A DNA stretch of 64,000 nt from an uncultured Gemmatimonadales bacterium (GCA_963805725.1 CAWDVJ010000002.1:3545-67544), one strand, 5' to 3'. Positions 51,073-60,311 are shown, counted from the first letter of the stretch. A program made the numbers and translations. Notes: a model not told the origin generated them from the sequence alone.

Positions 51073-51870
51073 GCCTTGCTGTCCTGCGGCTTGGAGGATC
51101 AGCCGCGTGATTTCGTCGGGGTGGGAGATCAGCGAGAGGTGGCTCGCCTTCACTTCGATGGTCGTAGCTCCCATCCGTTTGGCCATGAAGCGCTCGAGAT
51201 CTGGGTTGATCACTCGATCTTCTGTCGATACCGCATACCAGCTCGGCTTCGACCGCCACGCCGCATGCGTAGTTTTGCCGGTGAGCAGTTCCTTCTGGAA
51301 GGGCCACTGGACGGCGTAGAGGACTTTGGCCTTTGCCTCCGGCAGGTCACCAGCGAAATCGCGCAGGAACGCCTCCTCGGTGAGACGTCCTTCGTCGCCA
51401 TCGAACACAATGCCGGCCGTCGCCGGCGGCGTCGGATAGGTCTTGGCGAGAGCCGCGTAGTCCTCGCCCGCATCCGGCGCACGCGCCGCCACATAGACGA
51501 GGGCCGAGACGTTTGGATGTACGCCGGCCTCGGTCACTATCATGCCAGAAAAGGAATGACCCACCAAAACCGTCGGGCCATCCTGACGCGCCAGCACTCG
51601 CTGGGCCGAAGCGACCGCTTCGGGCAGCGTCGTCAGCGGGTTTTGTACCGCCGTGACGTTGAGACCAGCCGGCTGCAATCGCGCAATCACTTCGGACCAG
51701 CTTGATCCATCGGCGAACAGCCCGTGCACGAGCACGACGTTGCGCGCTTTTGTCGGAGCGAGGCGTGCGGTCCAGGCAAACCTGGAGGTGATCGAACCCG
51801 CCGCGGCGGCAAAAAGCGTGGCCGAGAAATCGCGTCTGTTCATCATCGTGATTACCTCTTCTTTCGTCAA
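51070..51870 (-). CDS. alpha/beta hydrolase, Tat-like signal
   Basis: MNRRDFSATLFAAAAGS, VVLVHGLFADGSSW, nucleophile elbow GHSFSG. Confidence 0.88.
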   Translation of the reverse strand: MTKEEVITMMNRRDFSATLFAAAAGSITSRFAWTARLAPTKARNVVLVHGLFADGSSWSEVIARLQPAGLNVTAVQNPLTTLPEAVASAQRVLARQDGPTVLVGHSFSGMIVTEAGVHPNVSALVYVAARAPDAGEDYAALAKTYPTPPATAGIVFDGDEGRLTEEAFLRDFAGDLPEAKAKVLYAVQWPFQKELLTGKTTHAAWRSKPSWYAVSTEDRVINPDLERFMAKRMGATTIEVKASHLSLISHPDEITRLILQAAGQQG

Positions 51871-51943
51871 AGGGCTTATCAGAAGAAGACAGTCCGCGAG
51901 CGTGCGGTCCGCGCATCATCCCCCATGCTCCACATCCATGCCA

Positions 51944-53446
51944 TCAGAGACGGGGGCGGATTTCACTAGGCTTTGCGCCCACCCGAGGAGAGCGGCTCGC
52001 AACGTTCGCAACCCCTTCGTCAGTCCACTCCTGCTTCACTTCGCCGAGCAATTTCGTCAGATCCTTGATCTGAGCATCCTCGAGTGAGCGCACGGCATCC
52101 TTGATTTGCTGGAGCAGTTGCTCGTCGGCGTGGCCGGCCGCCAGCTTCTCGAGCTTCGCGTCAATGTCCTTCCACGTAAACGGCTGGGTCGTGAACCCGG
52201 GGTAATCCGACACCTCATGGCTAAACGACTTACCGCTCTTCAGCCGTACCGTCACCCGGCTTGGAAAGCGGCTCGGATAGGCGGCCGTGAAGGAATCGTC
52301 CGGTCTCACTGTGACTTTGCGGAGCAGGTTTTGCACGTCCGGCTTGTCAATCCGCCGCGGGTCGAGCTGCTCGGGCTGCACATCGCCATCGAGGAAGGCG
52401 ACGGCAAGCACGTAGGGCAGGCTGTGGTCAGCATCTTCCTTCGTCTGAACGTTCGTCTTTGGACCGAAGAGTCCGCCACCGGTGAAGTCGTACGTGTCCT
52501 GGACAACGTCAGCCTCGATGCTCACGATCTGGCTCGGATCGAATGCCTGAGTCTTGCGCAACTCAAGCGCGCAGAAGATGGCGGATTGAGTAGGGACTGC
52601 GCTGTTGTAGCTCTTCAATGAGAGCCGGTCGAAACAATCCAGTTTCACACTGTCCCAGTCGACGTCGATCGACTGGCCGAGCGCGTACGCAATCCCGTCT
52701 GTCCCTTCGATCACATACTTTGGCCCGGTCACGCCGCGGGATGCCAGGAAGACAGCGTTGACGCACCCCAGCGCTATCTCGGCCGACGAGAGACCCTTCC
52801 ATTGCGAGATCGGGGTTGTCCGCAGAACCGTCAGAGGAATGCCATTGTCGCCGCAGATTTCGATTGCTGCCGCGCACTTTGTCTCGTCGAGCCCCAGTGC
52901 CTTCGACACACCCGCCGCTATTGAGAAGGCGAGCGGGGTTGTAAGGTCGAACCCGTGGGCCATCCATGGCGCGGCGTCAGTCAGTGTCGCATCGACCTGG
53001 TACGCGACCGCCAGCGCGATCAGGAAATCCTTACCCGAACCTCCGACATGTTCGCAGGTAGCAAGGACCGCCCCCATGTTGTCCGACGGATGACAGAGCG
53101 TGCCATGCGAGAGGTAGCTGTCCATGAAATCGACGTAGCGAACCAGTGCCGTATTACCTAACGCGGCATACACGACATTGGCTTCCCCGCCGCCGATCAG
53201 CGTGCATCGGGCGTCCGAATCGCCAAACTCCTTTGCCTGGGCTATGCACGCTTCCGTCGGCCCTGCTCCCAAGGCGTTGATCGCGCACGCCAGGGAATCC
53301 AGGACGCTCACCTTGAGCCGCTCCCGCCGCTCAGGAGTGAGGTCCTCATACGTCGCCCGACAGGCGAATTCCGCGATGCCCTCGGCCTGGCTCGGACCGC
53401 TGATGATGGCCTTGGGTTTCTGGGTGTCGCTCTCGGTCGAGGCCAT
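51944..53446 (-). CDS. MmgE/PrpD family protein (2-methylcitrate dehydratase-like)
   Basis: 500 aa. VSVLDSLACAINALG, ALVRYVDFMDSY, CHPSDNMGAVLA, FLIALAVAYQV. Confidence 0.88.
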   Translation of the reverse strand: MASTESDTQKPKAIISGPSQAEGIAEFACRATYEDLTPERRERLKVSVLDSLACAINALGAGPTEACIAQAKEFGDSDARCTLIGGGEANVVYAALGNTALVRYVDFMDSYLSHGTLCHPSDNMGAVLATCEHVGGSGKDFLIALAVAYQVDATLTDAAPWMAHGFDLTTPLAFSIAAGVSKALGLDETKCAAAIEICGDNGIPLTVLRTTPISQWKGLSSAEIALGCVNAVFLASRGVTGPKYVIEGTDGIAYALGQSIDVDWDSVKLDCFDRLSLKSYNSAVPTQSAIFCALELRKTQAFDPSQIVSIEADVVQDTYDFTGGGLFGPKTNVQTKEDADHSLPYVLAVAFLDGDVQPEQLDPRRIDKPDVQNLLRKVTVRPDDSFTAAYPSRFPSRVTVRLKSGKSFSHEVSDYPGFTTQPFTWKDIDAKLEKLAAGHADEQLLQQIKDAVRSLEDAQIKDLTKLLGEVKQEWTDEGVANVASRSPRVGAKPSEIRPRL

Positions 53447-53725
53447 GGGTAATCCCTCGCTATTTGTAATCCGCTGGAAGATCCCGCGAACTGCCGACAG
53501 AATGTGCAGTAGGCATTGTCACCTCATTCAGATATCCCGATCGGCAGCACAAAGAGTACCGCCGAAAGGATTCCCGACAAATGCAATGTCTTGGGCAACG
53601 TCGGACTTCGTTCTATCGGGTCCAGGCTACTTCAGCTCGACAGTGAGAATGAGACGTCGGCGTTGCCGCCGCGCAGGGCTCGCGCGAACTCGACGGTCCA
53701 CGCTTATCGTGCGGACCGTGGCGAT

Positions 53726-54562
53726 TTATTGCACTGCCTGCACCATTGCCACAATTTCGCCAACGACGAGGTCGGGTCTGTCGCGCATGATGTAGTGACC
53801 GCTGCCGGTGGCGAACACGCCTCGCCGCCCCACACCAGCTTTGTCGAACAGTTTGTGTGCGGCAATCCACCTGGTGTCGTCCGGCGGCGGCATCGGGGGC
53901 TTCTCAGCCACGATATCCGTGATGCGGAGACCAGCCGGCCAATTCACGCCGCGCATGGTGCGTACAGTCTCCGGGAAGCCATTCAGCACTTTCTCCATCG
54001 TGGCAAATGTCTTCGGATCCTCCTTCCTGAGCTGCACGCGCTGCGCTGCCCGCCCTGCCATCAACCGGTCGACGACGCTGTCCGTAAAAAATGACGCGAG
54101 GTTCGGGTCGATCAGCACGACGCCCTTTACGACGGTGGGATTGCGCGCCGCAAACAAGGCTGCGAGAAAGCCCCCGTACGAGTGCGCGACGAGGATCACG
54201 TCGCCATCGATCTGCAGTTGCTTCAACCCTCGTTCAAGAGCTTCGACCTCCTGGGTAATGCTGTACGGCCCCGGGTCGGCGTCGCTCTGTCCGAGCCCTG
54301 CCCGGTCGTATGTGATCATGCGCGCTCCGGTTCTGCGTCTCACTTCGCGCGCGGTATTGCTCCATACCGAAGAGTTATCTCCACCCCCAGCCTCGAATAC
54401 GATCGTCGGCGGTTTGCCGGTCGCGACATGGAACTGGAGGCGATACCCGCCAACATCGACTTTCTGGTCTCGAAATGCGACCGAGTCTTGTCCCTGCGCA
54501 ACGCTTACCAACAAAAGCAGCAACGACACGCCTGCAACACGACCGATTGTTTTCATGCCCAT
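53726..54562 (-). CDS. alpha/beta hydrolase, secreted
   Basis: Signal MGMKTIGRVAGVSLLLLLVSVAQG, TIVFEAGGGDNSSVW, elbow AHSYGG. Confidence 0.88.
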   Translation of the reverse strand: MGMKTIGRVAGVSLLLLLVSVAQGQDSVAFRDQKVDVGGYRLQFHVATGKPPTIVFEAGGGDNSSVWSNTAREVRRRTGARMITYDRAGLGQSDADPGPYSITQEVEALERGLKQLQIDGDVILVAHSYGGFLAALFAARNPTVVKGVVLIDPNLASFFTDSVVDRLMAGRAAQRVQLRKEDPKTFATMEKVLNGFPETVRTMRGVNWPAGLRITDIVAEKPPMPPPDDTRWIAAHKLFDKAGVGRRGVFATGSGHYIMRDRPDLVVGEIVAMVQAVQ

Positions 54563-54838
54563 GCTGCTCTCTGGTCAGGGTGACGGGGACGGGAGCGCGG
54601 CTCGCGGGGGTGAACTGCTACACCGGGCGGGAGACGGGCGCAAGAGCCGGCCACGATCTCAGGCTAAACGTACATCAACGTTGCAGAGATCGCAGCTCCC
54701 ACGCGTACGAGCCACGCGCGCGCTTCAGTGCCAGAGAGCGGACTCTCTCGACAGACGAAAACGGCGCGAGATGGAGTAAGGCGTTGAGGGTCGCCACTGT
54801 CCTTCGACAGCGGCTTCGTGTTTCCCGATCTCTAAGGA

Positions 54839-55780
54839 CTACGGCGCGTTCACCTTGTTCGCGAACCACTGAAGGATCGTGGTTTCGAGCGCAATCCGGT
54901 GATCGGAAAAGGGGTGGTCAGTGTCGAGTGACCGGCGTGTGACGTCCGGCGCGCGGACCTGCGTTAGCGCGTCCATGAGCTCTGCGCCCTGATCGTCAGG
55001 AGTGTCATGCGTCGCGGTCACGACGAGGATCGGCACGTGTCGCAGCGCAGCCGCGCCGCTCTCCAAATGCCAGTCATATCCCTCCGCGACAATCTCTTTG
55101 GCGAGATCCACGTCCGTGTACCCGCCGAGTCGGCCGTCGACGTCATCGAACGCGGCGTGTGCCGCGGCCGGTAGTTTGTCGGACGCTACCATGAACATCG
55201 GCACGTCCGGCGCTGGATTCCACGGCGCCAGAAGAACGAGTCCCGCGAGGTGTGGATGTGTCGCCGCCACCCGAACCGCCACGAATCCGCCGTAGCTGTG
55301 TCCCAGGACAATGAGGCGAGTCGTATCAATGCGAAACCTCGCGACGACGGTCGGATCTCGGAGAAAGGCCAGCGCCGCGACCCCATCGGCCACACCCCGC
55401 GCGAGCGTAAAAGCGCCGGGACTCCCCCAGGATCCCCGGTAGTGAAACGACAGCACGTTGTAGCCGGCCCGGCGGAGCACCTGCGCCAGATCGAGGTTCT
55501 CCTCGTTGCCGGGGAGCCCGTGGAGATTGAGGACTGTCGGATGCGGCCCGACACCGGCCGCAGCGAGCATCACCCCATTGAGTCGCACGTCTCCGCTCGG
55601 GATCCAGACCGCCTCGTTGTGCATCGGGTGCGCACTGTCACGTGGCGGATCTCGGACAATCGCATTCGGCATGGTCGTCCCCGGCGTCTGCGCAATTGCG
55701 CACGGCAAAGCGCACGCGCTCGCCAGAATGCACGCCACCGCGAGAGTGTTGGGGCGCGCGAGCCCGAATAGCCGAGTCAT
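54839..55780 (-). CDS. alpha/beta hydrolase (dienelactone hydrolase/S9-like), secreted
   Basis: Start ATG 55780 (MTRLFGLARPNTLAVACILASACALPCAIAQ). LNLHGLPGNEENL, elbow GHSYGG. The upstream part of ORF 54839..56068 reads through the repeat and is discounted. Confidence 0.85.
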   Translation of the reverse strand: MTRLFGLARPNTLAVACILASACALPCAIAQTPGTTMPNAIVRDPPRDSAHPMHNEAVWIPSGDVRLNGVMLAAAGVGPHPTVLNLHGLPGNEENLDLAQVLRRAGYNVLSFHYRGSWGSPGAFTLARGVADGVAALAFLRDPTVVARFRIDTTRLIVLGHSYGGFVAVRVAATHPHLAGLVLLAPWNPAPDVPMFMVASDKLPAAAHAAFDDVDGRLGGYTDVDLAKEIVAEGYDWHLESGAAALRHVPILVVTATHDTPDDQGAELMDALTQVRAPDVTRRSLDTDHPFSDHRIALETTILQWFANKVNAP

Positions 55781-55932
55781 CCGGAAGACATTCGTGCTCG
55801 CGAGAGCTCCTGTCAACAGCGTGGCCCCGGCCCCACGACGGCTCGGCGTGTGGAATGGCGGGTTCGTATGAGAGTCCATCGCGCGCTTTGGGACGACGGT
55901 CGCCATGTCGCTCTTGGTCGCGTTCGCGCGCG

Positions 55933-56037
55933 GAGGAAAAAGTAGCCCCGGGGAAAGCGCCGGCTTGCCACACATACCGTGTCGGCCAGTTCCACACTCT
56001 TCTGGTAAACCAGAAGCTTCTCGAACGCGAAGGCCAT
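55933..56037 (-). pseudogene. 35-codon stub of a four-helix-bundle (23S rRNA IVS-type) protein gene
   Basis: MAFAFEKLLVYQKSVELADTVCVASRRFPRGYFFL is the typical N-terminus of the family. It then degenerates into an Arg-rich read-through. Confidence 0.65.
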
Positions 56038-56195
56038 GCGCAGAACCTACCCATGCGGCGTCAGCCAAGCGTCAGGGCAGAAAGTAGAAAGTAGACCGAG
56101 TGGCACGGCCCCGTGACGCTCACCGCCATCGCGACCGTTGTTGCTTCTCGTCTACTTTCTACTTTCTGTTTCGCTACTCTCTATTTTTGGCCGCC
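56038..56195 (-). repeat. nested-hairpin repeat family, copy 2 (best outer stem)
   Basis: CAGAAAGTAGAAAGTAGACCGAG...CTCGTCTACTTTCTACTTTCTG (about 20-bp stem) flanks cacggccccgtgacgctcaccgccatcgcgaccg. It ends in ...ctctatttttggccgc, with the terminator palindrome truncated. Confidence 0.9.
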
Positions 56196-56290
56196 GCCGC
56201 TTGCTTTGACGGCCCACCGCCGAGGCGACCGGTGAAGCAGGGCCCCCCCAGGACATCGCGACCCTTTGTGGCCCATTGTCCTCCTAACAC

Positions 56291-57250
56291 TCAGCGGTCG
56301 GCCACGATGCCGCTCGCAGTCGCCTCAGTGGCCAACTGCTCGTAGGTCGACTTGAGCTGATCAATGCCTTGCTCGTGCGTGTGGAGGTTGGCGCCGCCGG
56401 CATAGGCCGCTCGGCCGAAACCCGATAATTGGCGCACCTCGCTCGTCCATCGTGGCCATGAAGGCAGTGAGCGAAGGCGACCACCATACGCGCGGTCGAA
56501 CTCCTCAATGAGGTAGTGGGCGGATCGATCGGTCGTTGCCGGACCATGCTGGCCATCGATCGTTGTCACCATGAACGGAACGAGCATGTCCTTGGTGATC
56601 TCGGCGACGGCCGGTACGGGTGGCGGCGGGCGCTTCCCGAAGCCGAGTCGTGAGACTTCCCAATCGTGGACTCCGACCACGCCGACAGCAGGGTCGGCCG
56701 GCACCCAGCCGCCCTGTTCCGAGTCATAGATCTCGAGCCAGCGGTGATCGTTGTGCTCGAGACCGAAAACAGAGGCACGCGGGCCCAGCTCTTTGATCTT
56801 CTCCACCGCCCGAGCCTGCCGGTCCTCACTGCGTGGCTGGACATTGATTTCGGCGATCCACCGGGACTGCATGCCGGCTGCCTTTACCATCTCGGCAAGG
56901 ACCGCCGCCAAGTCCGCGCAGTTGCCAGCACGGCGACGCACGATCTGCTCGGGGGTGCGCTGCCGATAGTCAGTCCACGTCCACTCGAGGTTCGACCCGA
57001 TCCAGGTCACCAGTCGGCGAGTCCGGTCGCTCGGCGTACCAGCGTGACCTGCGACCCGCTGCGCGATCGCGGCAAGGGAAGAGTCGGCAGCCGAGCTCTG
57101 GGCGCTCGTGATTTCGGGGGCGAGAACACTTCCGATCAGGCCAGCCAAGAGCACAACGCGTGGCATGCACGCCTCGAGGAGCGGTGTTAGGGACGCCATC
57201 GGACGATTAGGTCGTGGCTGCCAGTTGACCGCCAATACGGGTCGAGGCAC
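56291..57250 (-). CDS. transglutaminase-like cysteine protease domain protein, secreted
   Basis: RRRAGNCADLAAVLAEMV (Cys), EHNDHRWLEIYD (His), WVPADP (Asp). Alternative starts at 57199 and 57166. Confidence 0.8.
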   Translation of the reverse strand: MPRPVLAVNWQPRPNRPMASLTPLLEACMPRVVLLAGLIGSVLAPEITSAQSSAADSSLAAIAQRVAGHAGTPSDRTRRLVTWIGSNLEWTWTDYRQRTPEQIVRRRAGNCADLAAVLAEMVKAAGMQSRWIAEINVQPRSEDRQARAVEKIKELGPRASVFGLEHNDHRWLEIYDSEQGGWVPADPAVGVVGVHDWEVSRLGFGKRPPPPVPAVAEITKDMLVPFMVTTIDGQHGPATTDRSAHYLIEEFDRAYGGRLRSLPSWPRWTSEVRQLSGFGRAAYAGGANLHTHEQGIDQLKSTYEQLATEATASGIVADR

Positions 57251-57308
57251 GATCTGGTTTCACCGCGAAAGCGATTTGTCCACCTATCAATGGCGTCGAT
57301 TCTACCGC

Positions 57309-57348
57309 GGAAAGGAGCAAGTAGAAATGAGACCGAGTAGCACGGCCC
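57309..57348 (-). repeat. nested-hairpin repeat family, short partial copy 5
   Basis: ggaaaggagcaagtagaaatgagaccgagtagcacggccc aligns with the left arm plus the start of the inner hairpin of copies 1-4. Confidence 0.7.
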
Positions 57349-57594
57349 GGAAACCGCCTAGGCGTTTGGGCTGAGTCGCGCTGGGCGATTTGCCTTGGCG
57401 CCGCTAATCTCGCCGCGCCTTCTCGAGCGCACGCATTGCGGCCTCTGCCTGCAGGTAAGGGCGAGCGAACCATCTGTTTATTGAAGGAAGCAGCGAGTAC
57501 CGGTCGTCTGTCGATTTCCCCGACCCTCGTTCGACGCCACTATACAGGGGTACTTCTGATCCCCGATTTTCGACCCTAGCTGAGGATCCGGACC

Positions 57595-58029
57595 ATGCGG
57601 TTCATGGCAATCCATTTTTTCACGAAGGCCGGCGAGGCCGGCCCGATGCCGACGACCGAGCAAATGCAGACAGGGGTGAACTTCCACGAAGAGCAGGTGA
57701 AAGCCCGAGTGCTGTTGCAGGCCGAGGGGCTGCACCCGAGCTCGAAGGGTGCGCGTGTGCGGTTCTCGGGGGAGAAGCGGACGGTCACCGACGGGCCGTT
57801 CACCGAGGCGAAGGAGCTCATCGGCGGGTTCTGGATTATTGAGGCCAAGTCGATGGAGGATGCGATCGAGTGGGTCAAGCGCATTCCCAACCTGTGGCCG
57901 GAGGAGACCGAGATCGAGGTCCGGCAGGTCGCCGAGGCCGAGGACGTGGAAGCGATGACGCCCGAACTTGAAGCGCAGATAGCGAGGCTGCACGGCGAGG
58001 CGCCGCTCGGTAGGGTGACGATACCCTGA
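57595..58029 (+). CDS. YciI family (DGPF-motif) protein
   Basis: 144 aa. VTDGPFTEAKELIGGFWIIEAKSMEDAIEWVKR. Confidence 0.85.
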   Translation: MRFMAIHFFTKAGEAGPMPTTEQMQTGVNFHEEQVKARVLLQAEGLHPSSKGARVRFSGEKRTVTDGPFTEAKELIGGFWIIEAKSMEDAIEWVKRIPNLWPEETEIEVRQVAEAEDVEAMTPELEAQIARLHGEAPLGRVTIP

Positions 58030-58113
58030 GCCTAAGCCAAAATCACGGGACCAATCTGCGGGGCATCTCTACACGGCCGGGTACAATCGCGCGTACACGG
58101 CGACGGAGGATGT

Positions 58114-58400
58114 TTGGGTGGCGACGTTGCCGGTGGGGCAGCGGATGGATGGCCGAGGGTGGCGGCGAAGGGGGCGAAGGTTCGGATCAACGGAACATTG
58201 TATCCGGTGATCGCATCCGTGTCGGCGAGCCACACGATCGGGGAGCTGGGGAGTGATGCCGCGAGGCAGGGCGCGGGCGGGCCACCGGTCAAGGCCGGAA
58301 ACGTGGCGACGATATTCGACGCGACCGACGGGTCGCGCCCCGAAGATGTCTCGGTGGCGTGCGGCGCATCTGTCTACGACATTGCGATGCGTTCTCGGCG
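58114..58400 (+). pseudogene. alanine racemase-type C-terminal domain fragment
   Basis: GAKVRINGTLYPVIASVSASHTIGELG...VKAGNVATIFDATDGSRPEDVSVACGASVYDIAM parallels v.i.G...pivGrvsMD...vdl....GdeV.l.G....e.A...gTi.YEi. No N-terminal PLP barrel is present. Confidence 0.45.
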
Positions 58401-58523
58401 CGCTGTTGCCGAGGCGGGTAATGTAAGGCGACGCGACGCCCGCTGTCGAGAATCCGGTGGTTGGTTCGACGTAATAGGGCATAGGCGACAATGGCCTTTC
58501 CCGTTACCGCGAGGATCCCGACA

Positions 58524-59435
58524 ATGATGTCCACTGCAAGATTGATAGCCACGTCCGCAGCAGGTCTGACCCTGGCGTCGGCGGGCCCAGCCACCCTTCA
58601 CACACCCGCCCCGTCGAGTGCTGAATCGGGCTACGCGCCGGTGAACGGTCTTCAGCTCTACTACGAGATTCGGGGGACGGGGGCCCCAGTGGTCGTCCTG
58701 CACGGCGGCCTTAGCAACACGGAGTTGATTGCGGGCATGATCACGCAGCTCGCGCGCACGCAGCGCGTGATCGCGGTTGACCTTCAGGGGCACGGTCGCA
58801 CGGCGGATATTGATCGTCCGTTCACTTGCGAGGCGATGGCGGACGACATCGCTGGGCTGCTCCGCTATCTCAAGATCCCGAAGGCGGACATCGTGGGATA
58901 CTCCCTCGGAGGGTCCGTCGCGCTGCGTACGGCGATTCAACACCCCGACATGATCGGCAAGCTCGTAGTGGTCTCGGCGGTGGTTCAGCCATCGGGCTGG
59001 TACCCGGAGCTGCACGCCGCGATGGAGCAGGTTGGCGCCGGCATGGCCGAGGCGATGAAGCCGAGCCCCGCGTACCAGACGTACGCCCGCATCGCTCCGC
59101 GTCCTGAAGATTGGCCGGTGTTACTCGACAAGACGGGGGCGCTGCTGAGGCAGGATTTCGATTGGACGCACGAGGTAAAATCGATCGCGGCGCCGACGTT
59201 GCTGGTCTTTGGCGACGCCAATGCGATACGGCCGGAGCACATGGTGGAGTTCTTCCATCTGCTCGGTGGAGGCACCAAAGATGGCGGTCTGGACGGGTCC
59301 GGAATGTCAAAGGCTCGGCTGGCGATGCTGCCCGGCACCACCCACTACACCATCTTTGATTCCCCGCTCCTCCCTCCGTTGATCGTGCGCTTTCTCGCCA
59401 GCGATGACTCGCGCATCCGACCCAACACGAACTAG
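58524..59435 (+). CDS. alpha/beta hydrolase, secreted
   Basis: MMSTARLIATSAAGLTLASAGPA signal, VVVLHGGL, VDLQGHGRT, elbow GYSLGG. Confidence 0.88.
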   Translation: MMSTARLIATSAAGLTLASAGPATLHTPAPSSAESGYAPVNGLQLYYEIRGTGAPVVVLHGGLSNTELIAGMITQLARTQRVIAVDLQGHGRTADIDRPFTCEAMADDIAGLLRYLKIPKADIVGYSLGGSVALRTAIQHPDMIGKLVVVSAVVQPSGWYPELHAAMEQVGAGMAEAMKPSPAYQTYARIAPRPEDWPVLLDKTGALLRQDFDWTHEVKSIAAPTLLVFGDANAIRPEHMVEFFHLLGGGTKDGGLDGSGMSKARLAMLPGTTHYTIFDSPLLPPLIVRFLASDDSRIRPNTN

Positions 59436-59530
59436 CGTCCTTCGTTTTTCACGTCGGCCAACACTGCGCGATCGTTGAACATTGCGCGAGTCGCCATTCG
59501 AAACCGCATCAGCCCCGTGACCGCTCGGCG

Positions 59531-59693
59531 CGACGCTTGAGGGCCGCGAGAGCGTGATGGAAAGGAGAAGGAGAAGATCGACCAGTAGCGCGGCCCCGTG
59601 GCGACTTATACCATCGGGGCCGTTGTTGCTTCTCGTCTACTTTCTACTTTCTGTGTCGCTACTCTCTATTTTTGGCCGCTCCGCGGCCAAAAA
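59531..59693 (-). repeat. nested-hairpin repeat family, copy 3
   Basis: ggaaaggagaaggagaagatcgaccagtagcgCGGCCCCGtggcgacttataccatCGGGGCCGttgttgcttctcgtctactttctactttctgtgtcgctactctctaTTTTTGGCCGCtccGCGGCCAAAAA. Confidence 0.9.
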
Positions 59694-59736
59694 TGGGCCT
59701 GGGTAGAGTTGAACTACCGACCTCACGCTTATCAGG
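59694..59736 (-). other. tRNA-Ile(GAU) 3' half (anticodon loop to discriminator); not a functional tRNA
   Basis: The minus strand reads CCTGATAAGCGTGAGGTCGGTAGTTCAACTCTACCCAGGCCCA: anticodon loop CTGATAA, variable loop AGGTC, T arm GGTAG-TTCAACT-CTACC, acceptor CAGGCCC plus A. The upstream 35 nt lack a D arm and the 5' acceptor GGGCCTG. Confidence 0.75.
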
Positions 59737-60311
59737 CATCCGCGCAGGGTGCCAACCGCCGGCAACTTGCCGGCGCTCCCTCGACGGTGCCGCCATCCGC
59801 CTGATTGCGCACCCAATGAAACGGCAGAATGCCGGGCCCAATTGTCCCCGGAATTGTCCCCAATCCCTGGCGCCGGCAAGACGGCTACGTGGGCGCAGCC
59901 TTTGCAGACGGCCCAGGCGCGCGCACTACTGGCCGACTGACCGTGAGCTCGATCCTCGCCAGTCGTCGACGGTTCGTCGTGCGTCTCCCCGAGCCATCGC
60001 ATCGCCCGTATTCGCACAGGGTTTTCGTCGAATTCCGTGGCGGCTTCATAAGTGACGGTTGCAGCAATGACGGAGCGCTGACGCTACAATGGTGGCCATA
60101 CCGCATGCAAAGTACAGTGTGGCCAGATCCCAGTTATCGCCGGCTCTTGTGCAGCGCCATTCGTGAGCTGCCCCGGCGCTGCGCTGGCGACCTCGAAGTC
60201 ACGCGCCGACATCCTGCTGGCCTTGCGCGACGGAGCAGGGGAACCGATTCGCCTGCGGGCTTGAATGACGGATTGGGGGTGCCCGCGAGCGCCGCGGTAC
60301 GAAATTATTTG

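Noticed and set aside
48633-59693. CRISPR array hypothesis for the repeated hairpin sequences
   Set aside because: The units are ~150 nt, kilobases apart and separated by ordinary genes. There are no short regular spacers and no cas genes.
59694-59775. Intact tRNA-Ile gene
   Set aside because: Only positions from the anticodon loop to the 3' end match. The upstream sequence (…GGCGGTTGGCACCCTGCGCGGATG) cannot form the anticodon-stem 5' strand, D arm or acceptor 5' strand.
48532-59804. ORFs running through the repeat copies (48532..48795, 56100..56345, 59598..59804, 40368..40679, 55642..56094)
   Set aside because: The reading frame through the shared sequence differs between copies: a 1-nt length difference changes the frame. 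The peptides are therefore not conserved and the element is treated as non-coding.
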